A DNA stretch of 64,000 nucleotides from an uncultured Planctomycetota bacterium (GTDB taxonomy: Bacteria > Planctomycetota > UBA1135 > GCA-002686595). A program made the position numbers and the translations under genes. Numbering within the stretch: the first letter of the stretch is position 1; each line of letters begins with the position of its first letter. The stretch spans positions 1 to 64,000 of the forward strand of contig CAIYPP010000074.1 in NCBI GenBank assembly GCA_903928115.1, given 5' to 3'. The notes beneath the pieces were generated by a model. The model searched no databases, had not been told where the DNA came from, and saw only the letters and a list, made by a program, of their open reading frames with translations. Shown piece after piece: positions 59,429 through 64,000 of the stretch.

Positions 59429-59575
59429 GGGGCGAAGCGGGGGAATGGGCGGGGGAGTTTCTAGCCCTTTCCGACCCACGTTCCGAAGGCCGAGGAGGAT
59501 ACCGGAAGCGACCCGCCGCCGTCATTCTTCGGCCCTGCCGAGCCCAGCGGAAACCGCTGCGGCGGGGGCGCGAGG

Positions 59576-60892
59576 CTAGAAATCGCCCAATTCGCCGCGG
59601 ACGCTCCACAGCGGCCGGCCGCTCGATCCCGAGAGCAGTCGCACTTCGCCGACGGTGGAGTTCGGGGCCGCTTCGCTGGCAGGAGCGAGCGGGAGCCCGA
59701 GGGCCAGCTCGTCCGTGCCGTCTCCGTCGAGGTCCGGCACCGCGCACAGGGGGATCGCGCCGCCGAGCACCGCGGTCGGAACCGGCGCAAAGAACCCTTC
59801 GCCTTCGAGGGGCTGGATCCAGAGCGAGCGAGCGGCAGTCGAGCTGTTCGCCAAGACGTAGCGGCTCGACTTCGCGTTGGCACCGCCGAGCAGCGCGACC
59901 GACGTGGTCCATTCCTGTCCGATCAGCGCTGCGGCGCGCTGATCGAACGGCAGGATCCTCGTGCCCGAGAACAGCTGCGCCCCGAAGCGGCCGGCGTGGC
60001 CTTCGGGGACCGAGCCAACGATGAAGTCTTCGCGGCCGTCGCCGTCGAGATCCGCGCCCGCGGCGACGGCGGAGCCGAACTCTCCGTGGCTCAGGGTGCC
60101 GCAGATGCGAAAGAGCACGGCACCGTTCGCGCCCGAGAGGCCGAACACGCTCCCGCCGGTACCCGCGTTCGAGCCCGAGCCCGGCGCGCCGACGAGCAGG
60201 TCGTGCAGCCCGTCGCCGTCGAAGTCTCCGCCGCGCGCGAGGCAGACTCCGAACCGATCGCGCGGATTTTCGGCCTTCGAGTGCCACAGCTGCGAGCCGT
60301 CGCGCCCCGAAAGGGCGATCACGCAGCCCAGCGCTCCCGGCGCGGGCGACTCGACCTCCGGAGCGGTGACTGCAACGTCCGCGAGCCCATCGCCGCTCAC
60401 GTCGGGGAGCAGCGCGACCGCATAGGCGAAGCGTCCGACCTCGCTCGGCGCGTCGACCTGCCACAGCAGCGAGCCGTTCCAACCCGAGTACGCGCGCAGG
60501 TAGCCGCTCGGCAGGCCCGACTCGCGCTCGCGCTCGTCGAGCGCGCCGACCACGAGGTCGGGGACCGCGTCGCCATCGAGGTCGAGACCACCCGAGAGGG
60601 AGCGACCGAAGCGATCGTCGCGCAGGAGGCCGTGCAGCGTGTAGAGCACCCGCCCGTTCGTGCCGGAGAGCACACTCACGAAGCCGGGCTGGCCCGGCCC
60701 CGAGCGCTGCGCGCCGACCGCGAGCTCGGAGCTACCGTCGCCGTCGAGGTCGCCGAGCGCGGCGAGCGTCGAGCCGAACTGCTGTCCCTCGGCCTTCGAG
60801 GCGGGGAGACGGCGCAGTCCCTGTCCGGAGGCCGCATCGACAGCGCAGAGCGCCGCGGCCGTCGCGAGCAGGACTTGGGGGAGCTTCGGCAT
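59576..60892 (-). CDS. Secreted FG-GAP repeat protein (integrin-alpha-like beta-propeller)
   Basis: Signal peptide, then repeated DLDGDG / DFDGDG motifs spaced by FG...GxxxAG. Start at MPKLPQ (60892). Confidence 0.75.
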   Translation of the reverse strand: MPKLPQVLLATAAALCAVDAASGQGLRRLPASKAEGQQFGSTLAALGDLDGDGSSELAVGAQRSGPGQPGFVSVLSGTNGRVLYTLHGLLRDDRFGRSLSGGLDLDGDAVPDLVVGALDERERESGLPSGYLRAYSGWNGSLLWQVDAPSEVGRFAYAVALLPDVSGDGLADVAVTAPEVESPAPGALGCVIALSGRDGSQLWHSKAENPRDRFGVCLARGGDFDGDGLHDLLVGAPGSGSNAGTGGSVFGLSGANGAVLFRICGTLSHGEFGSAVAAGADLDGDGREDFIVGSVPEGHAGRFGAQLFSGTRILPFDQRAAALIGQEWTTSVALLGGANAKSSRYVLANSSTAARSLWIQPLEGEGFFAPVPTAVLGGAIPLCAVPDLDGDGTDELALGLPLAPASEAAPNSTVGEVRLLSGSSGRPLWSVRGELGDF

Positions 60893-61039
60893 GGTGGGTG
60901 GTCTCCTCGGTGGCCTCTGGGACGGCGAGCCCGCGCTCCCCACTCCAGAGTCCAAAGTCTAGCCCCAAGCAATGCCAGCGGGCCGCCTGTTTTCAGCGGT
61001 TTGCAATCGGTCCGGTGGGGCAGGGCGCTCGGCGTCGGC

Positions 61040-62404
61040 TCAGCGGCCTACGAGCGGTCCGCCGTCGATGTCGAGCTCCACGACGGCCTCTCCCAGCTCG
61101 CCGAGTGCCTCCCTCGGGCCGACCGCGAGCACGCGCAGGTCGCGCGGATGCAGGTGCTCGCGCGCGAGCGCGGCCAGGTCCGTCGAGGTGAGCGTGGCGA
61201 GCCGTCGCAGGCGCTCGAGCGGGTAGTCGTCCGGCCAGCGGAATCGCTCGACGGTGTGCACGAACGAAAGGCGTGCCGCGGGTGTCTCGAACTGACGCGC
61301 GAGCGCCTGCTCGAGCGCTTCGCGCGTGAACGCGAGCTCGGCCTCCGTCGGGCCCGAGAGGTAGCCCTCGAGCTCGGCGCGCGCTTCGCGGATCGCCGCG
61401 GCCGCATGCTGCGTGTGCACCGCCGTCGAGACCGCGAAGACGGTCGGCCCCGAGCGTGGCTCGAAGCTCGAGCGCACCCCGTAGGTGAAGCCGCGGCGCT
61501 CGCGCAGGTTCAGGTTCAGGCGACTCGTGAATTGACCGCCGAGTGGGTAGTTGAGCGCTGCGAGCAGGAGCCAATCCGGATGCCCGCAGTCGACGCTCGG
61601 GTGGCCGATGCGGAGCTCGACCTGCGGAGCGCCCGGTCGGTCGACCGCATAGAGACCGCGGGGAGCGGCGCTCGGAGCTTGGTCGAGCGGCGGGTTCGTC
61701 GCGGCGATGGCCGAAGGCCAGCGGCGGACGAGCGGGCTGAGCAGCTCCGTCGCTTCGTCCGCGCTCCACTTTCCGACGAGCGCGACGCGCGTGCGCCGCG
61801 GGTCGAGCGAGCCGCGATGGAAGGCCCTTGCGTGTTCGGGGGTGCATGCACCGATCGTCAACTCGGTACCGAGCGACGAGTGCCCCGCGCACACATGCGG
61901 TCCGAACATCAGTCGGTCCCACGCGCAGTCCGCGACGCGCGCCGCGTCCTCGCCGCGCGTGCGGATCGCCGCGAGTCGCAACGCGCGCAGGCGCTCGAAG
62001 TCGCGCGGATCGAAGCGCGGTTCGAGCAGAGCCTCGCTCAGAAGCTCGAGCGCCGCGGGCAGGTGTCGGTCGAGCACGCGCAACGACACCACGAGCGAGT
62101 CTTCGTCGACTCCGGCCCGCAGCTCCGCTCCAAGAAAGTCGAGCGCATCGACGAACTCGACCGTCGTGAGGCGCTCGGTACCTTCGAGGAGCGCCTTTGC
62201 GACGAGCGACGCGACGCCGAGCTCTCTGAGCGATTCTTGCGCGCGACCGCCAGGAAGCGTGAGTTCGACCAACGTCTCCGGAGTCGAGTTCGCTCGGCTG
62301 AGCGCGAGCGCGAGTCCATTGTCGAGCCTGCGCCGCTCGATGCGCGGCAGGCGAGCCTCGAGCGGTCCAGAGCGCGGCGGGGGCGTGCTGCGGTCGAGCG
62401 TCAT
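61040..62404 (-). CDS. M16-family peptidase-like protein (non-catalytic partner subunit)
   Basis: Insulinase fold, no HxxEH motif. The start overlaps the upstream M16 stop. Confidence 0.75.
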   Translation of the reverse strand: MTLDRSTPPPRSGPLEARLPRIERRRLDNGLALALSRANSTPETLVELTLPGGRAQESLRELGVASLVAKALLEGTERLTTVEFVDALDFLGAELRAGVDEDSLVVSLRVLDRHLPAALELLSEALLEPRFDPRDFERLRALRLAAIRTRGEDAARVADCAWDRLMFGPHVCAGHSSLGTELTIGACTPEHARAFHRGSLDPRRTRVALVGKWSADEATELLSPLVRRWPSAIAATNPPLDQAPSAAPRGLYAVDRPGAPQVELRIGHPSVDCGHPDWLLLAALNYPLGGQFTSRLNLNLRERRGFTYGVRSSFEPRSGPTVFAVSTAVHTQHAAAAIREARAELEGYLSGPTEAELAFTREALEQALARQFETPAARLSFVHTVERFRWPDDYPLERLRRLATLTSTDLAALAREHLHPRDLRVLAVGPREALGELGEAVVELDIDGGPLVGR

Positions 62405-63744
62405 GCGCCCCTCGCTTGCACGGCCTCGTGCGTGCGACCTTCGGGGACGACCGAGAGCAGGACGCAGGGCGCATCGAGCAGCTGTCGCACGAGCGCGTCA
62501 CGGATTTCCTCGGCGGAAACCGCGAGAACGCGCTCGGTGTGGCGCGCGAACTCCGCGGGATCTCCGCGCAAGACGTCCGAGAGGACGAGCGCCTGCGTGC
62601 GACCCGCAACCGAGTCGAGTCCGCGCACGAAGTCGGCCTCGTGGCGATGGCGCATGCGCTGCAGGAGCGCCGGGTCGACTCCGTCGCGTCGCACCTGCTC
62701 CAAGAGCTCGAAGACGCGCGCGCACAGGCGTTGCAAGCTCACGCCCGGCGCCGCCGTCAGCGTGATCGAGAACCGCCCCGCGACATCGCCCGCCCAAGCG
62801 CCGCACGTGACGCTGCGTGCCAAGAGCTCGTCGATCATCAGCGCACGATCGAGGACCGACGCGCGGCTCGCCGAGAGCACCATCGCGAGCATCTCGAGCG
62901 CGGACTCGTCGCGCGTGCCGGATTGCGGCGTCGGCCATGCGAGCGTGAGCTGCGGCAGCGCGACCTTGTCTTCGACGACCACGATTCGATCCTGCGCGAG
63001 TCTCACCGGCTGCGCGAAGACCGGGTCGGGTTCCGGTCCGCGCGGAAGTTCGCCGAACCAGCGCTCCGCCAGCGCGAACGCACGCTCGGGCTCGACGTCG
63101 CCGCCGATGCCGAGCGTCGCGTTGTTGGGGCCGTACCAGCGGCGGAAGAACGCCGCGACGTCGTCGAGCGTCGCCGCGATCAGGTCCTCGTGCGAGCCGA
63201 TCGGAATGTGAGCGTAAGGATGGCCCGCGGGATACAGTGCGGCGGCGAGCGCCTCGTGGGCCTTCGCATAGGGTCGCTGCTCGTAGTTCTGACGCTTCTC
63301 GTTGCGCACGACGTCCCGCTGGTTGTCGAGCTTCGCCTGCGTCATCGCGTCGAGCAGGAAGCCCATGCGATCACTCTCGAGCCACAGCGCGAGCTCGAGC
63401 TGGTTGGAGGGAACGACCTCGAAGTAGAGGGTGCGATCAAAGCTCGTGTTGCCGTTGAGCATGCCGCCCGCCTGCGTGACGTGGCGGAAGTGTCCGTCGG
63501 ATGCGACATGGGCCGAGCCTTGGAACAGAAGGTGCTCGAAGAGGTGCGCGAAGCCGCTGCGACCGTGCTCCTCACGCGCGCTGCCGACGTGGTAGCCGAT
63601 GTAGACGGCGGCGACGGGCGCGGCGGAGTCGAAGTGGGAGAGTACGCGCAGGCCGTTGGCGAGCACCCGCGAGTGAAAGTCGATGCTGCTGCCCGCGGCG
63701 CGAGCCGAGCGGGGCGGAGTCTGGAGACGGGACATGGGGCGCAT
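62401..63744 (-). CDS. M16-family zinc metallopeptidase (catalytic subunit)
   Basis: HLFEHLLFQG is the inverted zincin HxxEH motif, and NGNTSFDRTLY is the downstream Glu region. Confidence 0.85.
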   Translation of the reverse strand: MRPMSRLQTPPRSARAAGSSIDFHSRVLANGLRVLSHFDSAAPVAAVYIGYHVGSAREEHGRSGFAHLFEHLLFQGSAHVASDGHFRHVTQAGGMLNGNTSFDRTLYFEVVPSNQLELALWLESDRMGFLLDAMTQAKLDNQRDVVRNEKRQNYEQRPYAKAHEALAAALYPAGHPYAHIPIGSHEDLIAATLDDVAAFFRRWYGPNNATLGIGGDVEPERAFALAERWFGELPRGPEPDPVFAQPVRLAQDRIVVVEDKVALPQLTLAWPTPQSGTRDESALEMLAMVLSASRASVLDRALMIDELLARSVTCGAWAGDVAGRFSITLTAAPGVSLQRLCARVFELLEQVRRDGVDPALLQRMRHRHEADFVRGLDSVAGRTQALVLSDVLRGDPAEFARHTERVLAVSAEEIRDALVRQLLDAPCVLLSVVPEGRTHEAVQARGA

Positions 63745-63821
63745 CTTGCCACAGCGCAGGGGCTGGGCCGTGGTTCGAAGTTGCGACGCGCGGCCGCGAA
63801 CGCGACCATCACGACGAGCTC

Positions 63822-64000
63822 ATGTCCAAGCGCACCTCGACGATCCTGTTCCTCCTCGGCCTCGCTGCGCTGGCAGCAGTTCTCTGGCGCCTGTACGCGG
63901 GCGGCGAGCCCGCGGCCACGCCGCAAGGGCGACCGCCGTTCGTGTTGCCGGTCTCGCTCGCCGAGGTTCGCCGTGGCGAGCTGCGCCCACAGGCGGAGCT
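63822..64000 (+). CDS. Efflux RND periplasmic adaptor (membrane fusion protein), N-terminal fragment running off the window
   Basis: Hand translation gives MSKRTSTILFLLGLAALAAVLWRLYAGGEPAATPQGRPPFVLPVSLAEVRRGELRPQAEL, which is the TM anchor plus the MFP N-terminal consensus (V-A-V--G-L). It is absent from the ORF track because there is no stop in the window. Confidence 0.55.
   Translation, partial: MSKRTSTILFLLGLAALAAVLWRLYAGGEPAATPQGRPPFVLPVSLAEVRRGELRPQAE

Noticed and set aside
59996-63211. 1071-aa plus-strand ORF
   Set aside because: It is antisense to the FG-GAP gene and the M16 peptidase pair, with no motifs.

Overview
This is a very GC-rich (about 70%) bacterial chromosomal segment. 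The gene content looks myxobacterial or deltaproteobacterial: TamB/Omp85, a CRTAC1-family ASPIC/UnbV protein, FG-GAP proteins, and a giant PVC-type CxxCH protein. I found no rRNA, tRNA, CRISPR array, transposase or integrase. Many of the long ORFs in the six-frame track are antisense artefacts of the GC content and were not called. Two real genes at the window edges are missing from the ORF track: a class II photolyase (1..1334, minus strand) and the start of an RND adaptor gene (63822..64000, plus strand).

The most notable region is 1..12.2 kb, a divergent putative light-responsive supra-operon. A LitR/CarH-type MerR regulator with a B12-binding domain faces an operon encoding an epimerase-SRPBCC fusion, a family-4 uracil-DNA glycosylase and a class II photolyase. 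Downstream on the regulator's strand is a lipid-remodelling cassette: DUF523/DUF1722, DUF1295, two CFA-synthase paralogs, a membrane Delta9-type desaturase, an amine-oxidase-like flavoprotein, DUF1365 and DUF2878. That combination resembles the furan/methylated fatty acid pathway of Rhodobacter (UfaM/UfaD/UfaO) and the photolyase-associated lipid clusters of proteobacteria. Tandem direct repeats in the shared promoter gap are a candidate operator.

The rest of the window holds the following:
- corA and a tamB-Omp85 pair
- fabI and an NfeD-flotillin pair
- an unknown operon that ends in a degenerate sigma54-activator-like protein
- queA and queG with thiE and a small zinc-ribbon gene
- an ECF sigma/anti-sigma module, and pdxA
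- an ElaB/YqjD-like trio
- an island of B12-binding radical SAM, S9 peptidase and DMT exporter genes, preceded by a perfect 16-bp palindrome
- a 1733-aa heme-binding lipoprotein with a HEAT/vWA partner
- the sucA-sucB-lpdA operon
- an FG-GAP protein, two M16 peptidases, and the start of an RND adaptor gene
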